DNA of 64,000 bases from Candidatus Hydrogenedentota bacterium (GTDB lineage Bacteria > Hydrogenedentota > Hydrogenedentia > Hydrogenedentales > SLHB01), in the NCBI GenBank assembly GCA_963668025.2, contig CAXXTH010000018.1, forward strand, positions 224,001 to 288,000, given 5' to 3'. Both the position numbers and the translations under genes were made by a program. The notes below the pieces were generated by a model, which saw only the letters and a list, made by a program, of their open reading frames with translations, was not told the DNA's origin and ran no database searches. Position 1 is the first letter of the stretch, and each line of letters starts with the position of its first letter. Below, piece by piece: positions 29,538 to 40,003 of the stretch.

Positions 29538-32123
29538 CTATTTAAATTGCATTGTCCACTCGACCGTTGCATTGTCAGGGCGGTCTATAGCCAGGGCCGC
29601 TAGGCCGCTCGACGCATCATATGCTTCGATCCGTGCCGTTGCGCCTTTGGCCTTACAGGCAATCGGCGTGCGTCCGTTGGTGGCGACGATGACCTTGTAG
29701 GTTTCGCCGCCGATGACTTTGGAGCGTCCGGCCAGGATGCGCCTCAGCCCGTGCCAGCGACAGCTCTCCATATCTAGATAGCCCTGCATGATGTGGCGAT
29801 TTGTGGAAATGAACTGGGGATGGGGTTGCACTTCATGAATGGAATACATCCTCGCTTCGCCGGGGCGAAGCTCTTCCTGCAAGCGCGCCGAGCCAGCTAT
29901 CTGCCCTACAAAGCGTTCATTCCAGAAATCATAAACATAATAGGACTTTTGAGGGTCGAGCCCCAGGCCGCCGAAGGCGGGATCGCGGGACAAATCTGCG
30001 CCTATCTCCGCTGGAACAAGCCGGCCCGCCGCTTTTTCTTGATTCAGCAATGACATCCAGTCGGAGGACCACGTAGCGCCCTCCAGCGTGGTATTGTAGA
30101 ACGTCAACAAATGCCATGAGGGATCGACTGCGAAATCATACACCTGTGGATACGGCGCTCCAGTGAAAGCATCGACTGGCCGGGCCGATTGAGGCGTTGC
30201 ATGGTAGGGAACCGTGCGCGTAAGGTCATACAGATTATCGTCGGTCATTTTTTCAAAACTGCGGCCCAGTAGCAGGCGGCCGCCCGCCACGTAGCACATC
30301 GTAAACATCGCACGCACGCCGTCGCGGTTATTCGGAAAAGCATGATCGGGATTCTTTGCATCCATGTCATAACTGAACAATACGCGGTTCTTGTACCAGC
30401 GTAATCCCGGAACAGAGGCTATGGCCGGGTTGATGCGGTCGTTATCGCCCATCGTGCGTTGGGAGGCCACCAGTCCGGCCGTGATATCAGACCCGACTCC
30501 GATGTTGCGCTCATGCACCCAGTTGGGCTGGCCCAGGCCACGATAAGGTAACTCGAATATTCTACGATACGCCGCCGCGGTGGTGGCGTATGGGTCTTCA
30601 AAGCCTCCTTCGCTGGCCCAGCCCGTATCAGGATAATCGAACATCAGCCCCTTGATACCTCCCCGCTTCATGTTGGCGTACACATCCTCCATGTGCTTGA
30701 GAAAATCGGGATCAGTGAAATCATAGCCCCATAAAGAAGGCCGATTGAGCCGTTCATCCCACCAACACGGAACCGGCCGGATATGGGTGGAGTCATTATT
30801 GAAAAGCATATGGCCGGGATACTGGGCGCAATAATCGTCGGAGCGCCTGGAGGTTTGAACATACATCAAGGGAACGCCGCCCCGTTCCGTCACGGCCTGG
30901 CCCCATTTCTCGGAGGTTTCATAGGGCGGGCAATAACACGGTAGATTGTGGTCGGAGTTGGCGATTTTTTGCCAGTGTGCATCATCCCACCATCCCTGCT
31001 GATTGTTCTCGTCGTAGTTGTCGGGAACCAGCCGGATTCCTAAGCGGGAGTATTTGAGGAAACCGCGCCGAATCGCTTCGTCCAACTCCCAAACGGCTCC
31101 GGCTGAAGTATTGTTGCGACGGCCGTTCCCAAAAGTGGGATGCGCCGAGTACCAGAGGCAGAGCGTGGGAAAATCATAAATGGCCGGATTAGCCTGTTGC
31201 GCCGCGCGCACCGCCAAGGCGTAGCGTTCAAGGGCCTGGAACGGATTGCGCGTTGTAAAGTCCACATAATAACGGTCATCGGGCAAATAGCGGACGCCCG
31301 CATCCACCCGCTTGCCCACGGGATCCTTGCTCGTGATTTCACATGCCAGCGAGCCAGCTTGCCGCCGGATGATCACGAACTTTTCGAACTCATGATAGGT
31401 AAGACCGCCGATCACCAATGAATGATTGGCGCCTTCGGGCCCAAAGGTGGCCAGCAGATTATTTTTACTGGACAGTACATCATCATGGCTCACTTGGGTG
31501 GGGTCACCGCCGCTATTGCCATCGAGCAGGGAAAAGTTACGTGTCAGGCCGGCCCCCCGGAACGCCTTGCCAACAAGCGGACGCAGCATCTTGATTTGAA
31601 GGGGCTGGGGCATCGTATTCACCAGACCGCAATTGAGGGCCAGAAAGCCCTGCCCGCGATAGAGTGTGATTTCCAGAATCTGAGTGGGCCTGTCCGGTGC
31701 GGAACAAGTGATGGCCAGCGCCTTGCCCTGGCCGAGCGGATCTTTCACGGCGCGGCTGGTCCACGTGCGCGTCTGGCCGGGATCCATTGAACTCTGTTCG
31801 TCGATCAACGAGAAGGCCTCTTCAATGACTGCCTGGGCCGATTCACCGTCATAGATCGCATAAGACCCTTTGGCCAGATCATATTCGACCCGTACAATCC
31901 CATTTTCAATGCAAGCCTTGTCTGTATTCTGGCGAACAGCTACGCCACCCACGGGCGTTGCAGAACTCTTCAGCGCTACCGCAGACATCAAGACCAAAAA
32001 AACCAATAGAACGGAAACACTCCTGGCCCAGTTCGCGAATTTTTCAAAATGATTCATGTGCGCTTTCTCCTCCCCAACGGTGCAAGAAATTTTTATGGCA
32101 ATGCGACATTCCACACTCAACAC
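29538..32123 (-). CDS. Large secreted glycoside hydrolase-like protein (GH27/GH36 clan-like)
   Basis: Signal-like N-terminus, YDFTDPDF, GIKGLMFDY, YYVYDFW, HPQFISTNRH; family assignment tentative. Confidence 0.6.
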   Translation of the reverse strand: MLSVECRIAIKISCTVGEEKAHMNHFEKFANWARSVSVLLVFLVLMSAVALKSSATPVGGVAVRQNTDKACIENGIVRVEYDLAKGSYAIYDGESAQAVIEEAFSLIDEQSSMDPGQTRTWTSRAVKDPLGQGKALAITCSAPDRPTQILEITLYRGQGFLALNCGLVNTMPQPLQIKMLRPLVGKAFRGAGLTRNFSLLDGNSGGDPTQVSHDDVLSSKNNLLATFGPEGANHSLVIGGLTYHEFEKFVIIRRQAGSLACEITSKDPVGKRVDAGVRYLPDDRYYVDFTTRNPFQALERYALAVRAAQQANPAIYDFPTLCLWYSAHPTFGNGRRNNTSAGAVWELDEAIRRGFLKYSRLGIRLVPDNYDENNQQGWWDDAHWQKIANSDHNLPCYCPPYETSEKWGQAVTERGGVPLMYVQTSRRSDDYCAQYPGHMLFNNDSTHIRPVPCWWDERLNRPSLWGYDFTDPDFLKHMEDVYANMKRGGIKGLMFDYPDTGWASEGGFEDPYATTAAAYRRIFELPYRGLGQPNWVHERNIGVGSDITAGLVASQRTMGDNDRINPAIASVPGLRWYKNRVLFSYDMDAKNPDHAFPNNRDGVRAMFTMCYVAGGRLLLGRSFEKMTDDNLYDLTRTVPYHATPQSARPVDAFTGAPYPQVYDFAVDPSWHLLTFYNTTLEGATWSSDWMSLLNQEKAAGRLVPAEIGADLSRDPAFGGLGLDPQKSYYVYDFWNERFVGQIAGSARLQEELRPGEARMYSIHEVQPHPQFISTNRHIMQGYLDMESCRWHGLRRILAGRSKVIGGETYKVIVATNGRTPIACKAKGATARIEAYDASSGLAALAIDRPDNATVEWTMQFK

Positions 32124-32135
32124 ATTGTGGACAGT

Positions 32136-33293
32136 TTATTTCATGCCCATGATGCCCTCACATGGCGGTTTTATTTCATGCTTACCACACCACTCTTTGG
32201 CATGGTTTCCCGTGATGGCCTCGATCATGGCGTTAAAATTCTCAATCGGCGTGTCTAGTTGCACGTGATGCGTGGGGCCAAGAATCAAGCCGCCGCCCCG
32301 CCCCACCGTGCGCAACCGCTCGTGAACTTCCGCAGCCACCTGTGCAGGCGTGCCGAAAGGCAGGGTGTGTTGTTCGTCGATTGATCCCCAAAAACAGAGC
32401 CTGCCGCCAAATTCCCGTTTCAGCCGCGCCGGGTCCATGCAAGCGGGCTGCACGGGATTGAGCACATCCAAACCAATTTCAATCAATTCGGGAATGATTG
32501 GGTAGATATCTCCATCGGAATGATAGGCCACCTTGATGGCCGAATTGATCCCTTTGAGGGTGGCGATGAACTCGGCCATGCGCGGCTTGAGGAATCGCCG
32601 CCATAGCTCCGGCGACAGGATCATCCCTTTTTGCGAACCGACATCGTCGCCCATCCATATCATGTCTACACCCATGCGGACCAGCCTGCTGGCGGCGGCC
32701 AGATGATACCGGAATGGAATATCGAGCAAGGCGTCGGCAAAATCCGGCTCAGCCAGAACATCCATCAGCAGCCGTTCCATGCCACGCAAGGCCATTGCAG
32801 TCTCCCAGATCGTAGTAACCGTGACTCCCACGATCCAGTAATCGGCCCGGTATTGCCGGATCATACGCCCAGCTTCCAGGTAAAGCTCGGCCCGATTGGG
32901 ATCGGGCACCCGATATCGCGCCAGATCCTCAGCCGTGGAGATCGGATGACGGTACACCTCGGTGTAATAGCCTGTTCCAAATGGGGTCTGATAGCGCGCC
33001 GGACGCCACTCGACGCCCCATTCGTCGGTGTATGGCTCGCGGCTTTGATAATAACAATTGGCCCACCCCACCGAGGTCAGCAACAGATCCTGCCCCAGCG
33101 CTCGCTCAAGGCAGTAGCTGTTGCCGCTACCGTGTGGATTATGTCCATTATCATTAGTTACGCCCATGACGGTTCGCAGCCGGGCGGCAAATTCCGGCGT
33201 GAAACTGATTTGCATCGGGCACCGGTCGGGCTGCTCATGATTTAGCGCCGCTATTACTCGTTCACGATGATTCATGCATTCTTTAAATATCAT
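32136..33293 (-). CDS. Uroporphyrinogen decarboxylase / cobamide methyltransferase (MtaA/CmuA) family protein
   Basis: RERVIAAL..PDR, DEWGV, GDDVG, YHSDG, LNPVQP, FWGSID, LGPTH. Confidence 0.85.
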   Translation of the reverse strand: MIFKECMNHRERVIAALNHEQPDRCPMQISFTPEFAARLRTVMGVTNDNGHNPHGSGNSYCLERALGQDLLLTSVGWANCYYQSREPYTDEWGVEWRPARYQTPFGTGYYTEVYRHPISTAEDLARYRVPDPNRAELYLEAGRMIRQYRADYWIVGVTVTTIWETAMALRGMERLLMDVLAEPDFADALLDIPFRYHLAAASRLVRMGVDMIWMGDDVGSQKGMILSPELWRRFLKPRMAEFIATLKGINSAIKVAYHSDGDIYPIIPELIEIGLDVLNPVQPACMDPARLKREFGGRLCFWGSIDEQHTLPFGTPAQVAAEVHERLRTVGRGGGLILGPTHHVQLDTPIENFNAMIEAITGNHAKEWCGKHEIKPPCEGIMGMK

Positions 33294-33443
33294 TCAAATA
33301 ACCTCTTAGATAATTTTTACATATATGTATAGTTATACACATATCTTACTGAATTGCTAATATGCAGAAAATGCATTCATAAAATTGAAACGCACTAGGC
33401 TTTGATCCCCTTTCCAGTTTCAAGATAGTATGCTTGTTGAACG

Positions 33444-34436
33444 ATGGAATTATACGTCACCATAAAAGGCAAGAAAATGGACCGAAAAGACAAAATGATG
33501 GACAAAACGGCCATCAATGAATACCATCGGATCATGAGCACCCCGCGCGCGAAAGCTTGGGGCATCCAAGTCAGTGCGACGGGCAGGCGGCTGATCCCCC
33601 CTCACCACAATTACTTTCGTGATCACGAAACCCAATACCCCTGGCGCAAAGGCCGGATACTGCCCGAATACGGCATGGTCTATTTGACGAAAGGCCAGGG
33701 CGTTTTCCGCTCACATCAGAGTGCGGAGATCACGGTTCAGGCGGGAGACCTGTTTTTTCTCTTCCCCGATATTTGGCATCTTTACCATCCGCACAAAGAA
33801 ACCGGCTGGGAGGAATACTGGATTACCTTTGATGGCGCGATCATCCGGCACCTGGCAAATCATCAAATCCTGAAACCCGGCCAGCCGTTATTAAGGCCAG
33901 GCATCACCGTTTCTTTGTGCGATGCATTCAAGAAAATAATCGAGCTAGCAGATGATCGCCCGACGCATTTCGAGGGAACGCTGGCTGTAAATGTCATGCA
34001 ACTCATCATACGCGCACATGAGCTGTGCGCGGCGGGAAATGCACCTTCATCCCAGATCTGCCCAGCCATCCAGAATGCAAAAGATTATATCGAGGAGCAT
34101 TGCAATGAACCACTGAGTATTGATGAATTGGCGAATCTATCGCATATGAGCGAGCGCCATTTTTCCAGAGTTTTTAAGGACACTACTGGCCTTCCACCCA
34201 AACAGTATTATAATCAAGTGCGTATTCACCAAGCCAAGGCGTTGCTGGCTCGAGGCGATCAGACCGTCAGCCAGGTGGCCCATGCTCTAGGCTTCGAAGA
34301 CGCTTACTATTTCTCAAAACTCTTTAAAAAGCTGGCGGGCCGAGCCCCATCTGCTTGGCGCGAGATCGGGCCCGAGACCAGGAATATGCTCGATAGCAAA
34401 ACGGAACCGGGCCCCGGTGTGAAGCGAAAACAATAA
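33444..34436 (+). CDS. AraC-family transcriptional regulator
   Basis: Cupin sensor (WHLYHP..GWEEYW) and HTH (FSRVFK..P..Y; LGFEDAYYFSKLFKK). Confidence 0.93.
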   Translation: MELYVTIKGKKMDRKDKMMDKTAINEYHRIMSTPRAKAWGIQVSATGRRLIPPHHNYFRDHETQYPWRKGRILPEYGMVYLTKGQGVFRSHQSAEITVQAGDLFFLFPDIWHLYHPHKETGWEEYWITFDGAIIRHLANHQILKPGQPLLRPGITVSLCDAFKKIIELADDRPTHFEGTLAVNVMQLIIRAHELCAAGNAPSSQICPAIQNAKDYIEEHCNEPLSIDELANLSHMSERHFSRVFKDTTGLPPKQYYNQVRIHQAKALLARGDQTVSQVAHALGFEDAYYFSKLFKKLAGRAPSAWREIGPETRNMLDSKTEPGPGVKRKQ

Positions 34437-34512
34437 AGATGGCGGTTGCCTATGTTCGAGTTCCGCGCTCATTTTGAAGGACATGGAAACCGAAACGCAG
34501 GTTTGACCGCAT

Positions 34513-34542
34513 AAAAAATGGGCCGTGCGTGACGGCCCATTT
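34513..34542 (-). terminator. Intrinsic terminator between convergent genes
   Basis: AAATGGGCCGT-GCGTG-ACGGCCCATTT 11-bp stem; A6 gives a U-tract on the minus strand. Confidence 0.7.
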
Positions 34543-36692
34543 CCCGAATCAATAGTAGTGTGGCCATTCAGCTTATTTGCGTTGCAGCCCGCATCGCCGG
34601 AGCATACAAACACCTATCCCGGACAGCAACAACATAGCCAAAGGCCACCATGTTATTGCCAATGGCGGAATACTGGTAGGATCATATGGGTCGCTGTTCC
34701 TGGCCCGTTCCACGGCGTCCGGGATTCCGTCATCATCACTGTCCAGGTCGAAGTAATTGGGTATCGTATCGCCATCCGGATCGCCTTCGCCTTCGACGCT
34801 GTCCACGATGCCGTCGCCGTCCGAGTCCGCGGTAGCCGAGTCGTATTCATACGCGCCCATATCGTAACCAGCTCCTTGCGGACGCACTACGCCCGTGATA
34901 TCCGTGTCGGGAGCGTCATTGTCGGTTCCGGCGTCTACACACGGCGACGTGGGCAGCAGTCGAAGGTCGCCATTTGCTACATCAACAAACTGAGGATCTT
35001 CGGCAGTGTTCCCTTCGCCAGTATAACCACCTTGCACACACGAATAGGTGGCTTTGCTATCATATAATTCTTGTGGCGAGTTACCCCAGAAAATGCAGTT
35101 CGTTGCTGTTTTGTAACGCATCCCACCGCCGTAGCTAGATGCCTTATTTCCGGTGAAAGTGCAGTTGGTAGCTTTTACGAAGCACGTTCCACCGCCAGTG
35201 CTATCTGACATATTTCTTATGAACAAGCAGCTTATGGCTATTCCATAATACATACCACCACCACTGATCGTTGCCGAGTTATCCGTGAAAATGCAGTTAA
35301 TAACCGTTCCACCGCACATCCCTCCGCCGTAGTTCGCCGTATTATTCGCGAACGAACAATTTGTAGCCCTTACGCCATACATTCCCCCGCCGTGTAATGC
35401 CGTGTTGTCCTTGAATGTGCAGTTGGTAGCAGTATCGCCCCAGATACCGCCACCACTTAAATCCGCCGAGTTGCCCGTGAACGTACAGTTTACCGCTGTT
35501 CCACCATACATACCGCCGCCGTCCTCGTTTCCGTAACTGTTATTATAGTCGGCTTTGCCACAAGTTATAGTACATCCGTCCACAAGACAGGTGGCATCAG
35601 CGATAATACAGCGCCATTCTCCCCGTCCATGAATGATGGTCTTGCCATTATCACTATCGCGCTGCCCACGGGTAGTTTCCGTGCCTGTAAAGCCACCGTA
35701 GAGAGTCGTGCCCATTGGTAGATCCACCACGGCATTGCCTGTGGCTGATGTGTAAACACCTTGGGCTACCCAGAGTTCGGTGCCATAACCTGCACGATCA
35801 TGGTCAGCGGCGGCTTGCAGTGTGGGGTAGGCAGTAGCCCAGGTCAAGCCGTCGGGTTCAACAGCAGTCGACGAAGCGTTCACCCGCAATAGGGGCACTG
35901 GATCCACCGCATCTGTATCGTCCCCAGCATAATATTCATATGCGCCCATATCTACGTTCAAAACCTCAGACCGCACTCGCCCGAGGATATCACTGGCCGG
36001 AGCACCGATCTGCGTTCCAGCGCTTATGCAGGGCGAATCACTCCGCAACCGAAAATCACCGGCCCAAGGATTTACAAAACGAGGCATTCCAACAACATTG
36101 CCTGTACCGGGATGTGGTGTGGGCAACAACGAATACGTTACGGTCGTATCATCCTCAAAAAGTTCACTTGGCCTGTTACCCCAGAGTATGCAATTTGTGG
36201 CGGTTCCTCCAGAGATTCCACCGCCGCCCGTTTCCGATGTGTTGCCTGTGAATGTACAGTTCATAGCTATTCCGTTAAACATTCCGCCGCCGTTTAAATA
36301 CGATAGATTACCCGTTAATATGCAGTTTGTCGCAGTTGTTTCATAGATACCTCCACCAAAACCACATGATCTGTTATTTATAAAAGTACAGTTCATGGCG
36401 GTTCCCTTACTCATCCCGCCACCATATTGTGCCGCCGTATTGTTTGTGAACGTGCAATTCATGGCCGTTCCGCCAAACATACCGCCGCCGTCCGTTTCCG
36501 CTCTGTTGCCCGTGAATGTACAGTTTGTGGCGGTTCCCCAATATATACCGCCACCATTACTTGCCGCCGTGTTGCCCCTGAACATGCAGTTCATCGCCAT
36601 TCCGCCAAGCATACCACCGCCGTTGCCGTTTTTTCTCAGCCCTTTACCGTTGACGATGGTACAACCATCCACGAGGCAGGTGGCATCAGCAA

Positions 36693-38062
36693 GGGTGCTC
36701 CCTCAATATGATAACCTCAATTGACCCCGTGGCGGGCCACGTGTTGCCAGAACTGGTCCCAACGGCCCTCGGTCATCTCCAGCGACCTGAGCGCGATCAC
36801 CGCGCTCGCGCCCGCTTCCTTCCACCGCATCCCGGAGCATGCCAGGCGTTGCTTGATCAGCGTCTTGCACGCCGCCTCCGTCACTCCGCTGCCGATGGGA
36901 AGGCGCTCCGCCGTGTGCCGCCAGTATTGCATCTTCGAGCGGTGATTGCCGAAGTAGGTGATCGCCTTGCCGAGTTCCTCGCGGCAAGCCTGGGCGCGCA
37001 CGCTTGGCAAGCTCGCCTTCATCTCCTCCAGCAAGCGTCCGGCTGCGCCCCTCGTGTGCTTCAGCCGGTGACTCCAGTCCGCCTCCCACTCCCGGCGGCG
37101 CGCGCCATGACCGTGAATCGCCTCCGCCGCCTTCCCCACGTATTCCCGCGCGTGATAGAAATCCAGCATCTGCCGGTCCGTGCGCGGCGTCAAAAACTTC
37201 CAGTTGTCCGGCGCGCCGTCGGCCAGGCCGATATACAGCGCCGCCGGGTGCCTCGCCCTCACGCGCTCCACCTCGCGGCCGAAGCGCTCGAGGAAAGTCT
37301 GCTTGCCGTACTCGGGCGATGCGCCCGCGTAGATCGTGTGCAGCCGCTCCCCGTCCTTGTCGTACAGGCTGATGGACCCGCACATCGCCTGACGCCAGCC
37401 GTCCTCCCTGAGCAGCATGCAGGTGCCGTCCAGGCCCACGGCCACCGACGCGACCGGCCTGTCCAATTCCGGCAGCTCGTACTCCCACGTCTCCTCCCTG
37501 GCCTGCGCCAGGGCGCCCACAAAATCGCCGATCTTCTTCACATAGTCGCGCGAGATTGCGCGGCCTGTCGACTCGAGCAGGTCGCGGCGCATGACATCGG
37601 CGCCCATGCGGGAGTATTTTCCGCTGACGATCCGGGCGTAGCGCGGCGTGGCGTTCATGACCATTCGCGCGTCCCGCTCCAGCGGGCAGAAGGTGCGCCC
37701 GCCCGTGGCGGTGTTCTGGTAGACGTGCCGCTCGACGCGGACCGGGCCGTGGGGCGTCTCGTAGGTCTGGCCGAAGCGCCCCTTGGTTTTGAAGGTGGTG
37801 GCGCCGACGCGGATGGGCGAGCCGTCTGTGTCGAAACGGGCCAGGGCCTCGGCCATGACTGCGCGCCCCACCCCGTTCAGGGCCTCCTGGACCGCCTCCT
37901 CCATATCGAGCATCGAACCACGCAGCCTCAGCGAGAAACTCACCTCGAACGTGTCGCCGTCGCGCCTTGTCACCATCGCTGCCATCGGTCTTCCTCCGTT
38001 AAGGGTCCGGCATACTTATCGACCCGACACGAGGATTTCTTTAGCATTCTGCGGGAACACCC
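36693..38062 (-). mobile_element. IS element, ISKra4/ISLre2-like, 1370 bp, copy 2 (inverted)
   Basis: Same TIRs and identical transposase translation; TSD ATCAGCAA (36685-36692, 38063-38070). Confidence 0.92.
36717..37985 (-). CDS. DDE transposase (ISKra4/ISLre2-like)
   Basis: Protein identical to 26312-27580. Confidence 0.92.
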   Translation of the reverse strand: MAAMVTRRDGDTFEVSFSLRLRGSMLDMEEAVQEALNGVGRAVMAEALARFDTDGSPIRVGATTFKTKGRFGQTYETPHGPVRVERHVYQNTATGGRTFCPLERDARMVMNATPRYARIVSGKYSRMGADVMRRDLLESTGRAISRDYVKKIGDFVGALAQAREETWEYELPELDRPVASVAVGLDGTCMLLREDGWRQAMCGSISLYDKDGERLHTIYAGASPEYGKQTFLERFGREVERVRARHPAALYIGLADGAPDNWKFLTPRTDRQMLDFYHAREYVGKAAEAIHGHGARRREWEADWSHRLKHTRGAAGRLLEEMKASLPSVRAQACREELGKAITYFGNHRSKMQYWRHTAERLPIGSGVTEAACKTLIKQRLACSGMRWKEAGASAVIALRSLEMTEGRWDQFWQHVARHGVN

Positions 38063-40003
38063 ATCAGCAACAATACCTCGCCGTGCTCCTTGTCCGTCAA
38101 TGATGGTCAATGCATTATTTGTACTACGTTGATCTCGGGTGGTTTCCGTGCCGGTGAAACCGCCATAAATGGCTGTACAAGGCCGTATGTGAACCACGGC
38201 ATCACCTGTAGCCGCTGTATAAGTCCCTAGGGCAATCCAGAGTTCTGTGCCGTAGCCCGCATGTGCATCGTTTGCGGCTGCTTGCAGTGTGGGATAGGCC
38301 GTAGCCCAGGTCAAGCCATCAGGATGAGTAGCTGTTGATGCCACATTTACTCGAAGCACGGGCACTGGATCAACGGCATCTGTATCGTCTCCTGTGTGGT
38401 ATTCATAAGCGCCCATATCTATGCCTACGCCCTCAGGCCGTGTCCGCCCGAGAATGTCTGAGGCCGGAGCGCCGGTCTGCGTGCCCACATCAATGCCTGG
38501 CGAATCGCTCCGCAAGCGGAAATCACCCGCCCAGGGATTCACAAAACGTGGCGTTCCGATGATGTTGCCATTGCCGGGGTGTTGCGTGGACAGCAGCGAA
38601 TATGTCACCGTTGTATGATATGTATAAATATCAATATCGGTTGGGCTGTTGCCCCAGAAGACGCAATTTGTAGCTGTTCCGGAACTAATACCCCCGCCGT
38701 AACCTGCCAAGTTGCTCGTGAACGTACAATTCGTTGCTGTTCCGCCACAGACCCCGCCGCCGAGGTTCGCCGAATTGCCCATGAATATGCAGTTCGTCGC
38801 GGTTCCCCAAAACATACCACCACCACATTCCGATGCCTCGTTATCCATAAATGTACAATTCACAGCGGTTCCATGATACATACCAGCGCCAGAACTTAAA
38901 GTAAACTGAGAGCCGCTTCGGCTAGATAAACACTTACCCCCACTAATTGTAAAACCATCCAATACTGCATCATCTGCGCCTACCACTACATGATAGGCAT
39001 TTCTACTTCCACGCGCGGTGGAGCCATCGAGAATGGTCTCGTGGGATTTCCAATCGCGGGAAGAACGTTCCGTCTCATTTCCGGCAAAGCCGCCGTACAG
39101 TTGGACGTCTTCTTTCATTAGGATGGAACCGGTGTTGATATCGGGATACTCCGCATGCGGGTAACTCGTTCGAGTCTCCCCATAGGTTCCTTCAGCGACC
39201 CATATTTCCCCGCCGCCATCGGTTGAAGCGGCGTCTATGACGGGCTGGATGGTAGTGAAGGCGGTGGCCCAGGAAAGGCCGTCTTTTGTACTGGAGGAGT
39301 TATCTTTATCTACATACCAGACTGCACCGAAAGCCGGTGAGGCGCACCCTAGAATGATCCCCAAACAGATGATCCGTACGCTCATGAGAAGAACTCCTGT
39401 GTATTGAACCAAAGAAAAGGCTTTTAGTTTCCCCAACTCTCTTCTCTTTGGTCCGCTTCCACCCGTCGCATGGCTGACAACCAGCCATACGAATGTTCAA
39501 AATGCTGTTTTTCAGCACCATGAATCCCATGGAACGCCGGGAGGAATCGTATGGCAGCCGCCACCCGAGTACTTTCCCCTAAGCATTCCACATCTGCACT
39601 GTTCCCTGGAAGCTTCAGCGCATTTTATTATTACATCAGCTACTGCATACTAATCATACCCCCAGATAAGCCGATAATGCAATAGATCGATTTAAAATCT
39701 TTGAAATGACAAATGGTGTAGTCTTGTAAACTATTTTCACCGGGAACGTAGTAAACGGGACAAGCTGAGCGCTAGGACTTCACCGTTGATTTGAAACAAG
39801 GCCAATAATCTTTAATGTGGCTCCTCTCCCGCCAACAGGTGGTGATTTGCGCGATGAGTGTGCGGCGCAAATTCAACGACGCCCGGTCGAGCGCACCTGA
39901 GCCCGCCCACGCATGCTTGCGTTTATCAGGCGCGGGCGATGAAACCTCGATCAGGCAATGGAAGGACTTGGCGATACTCCAGTATTTGACAAAGAGTGTC
40001 CCA

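Larger units (their letters stand above)
34573..39436 (-). pseudogene. Large surface protein (~1160 aa) with three repeated beta-helix modules and a C-terminal anchor, interrupted by the IS at 36693-38062
   Basis: ~22-aa GGGM..GTA.NCTF..N repeats; duplicated [28 protein letters not shown] linker; in-frame rejoin [15 protein letters not shown] after IS removal. Confidence 0.88.

Noticed and set aside
26235-38062. Composite transposon bounded by the two IS copies
   Set aside because: Each copy has its own distinct 8-bp TSD and interrupts a separate gene, so these are independent insertions
34900-39000. CRISPR array or DNA tandem repeat
   Set aside because: The ~66-bp periodicity is the degenerate coding repeat of beta-helix rungs; there are no identical repeats with unique spacers
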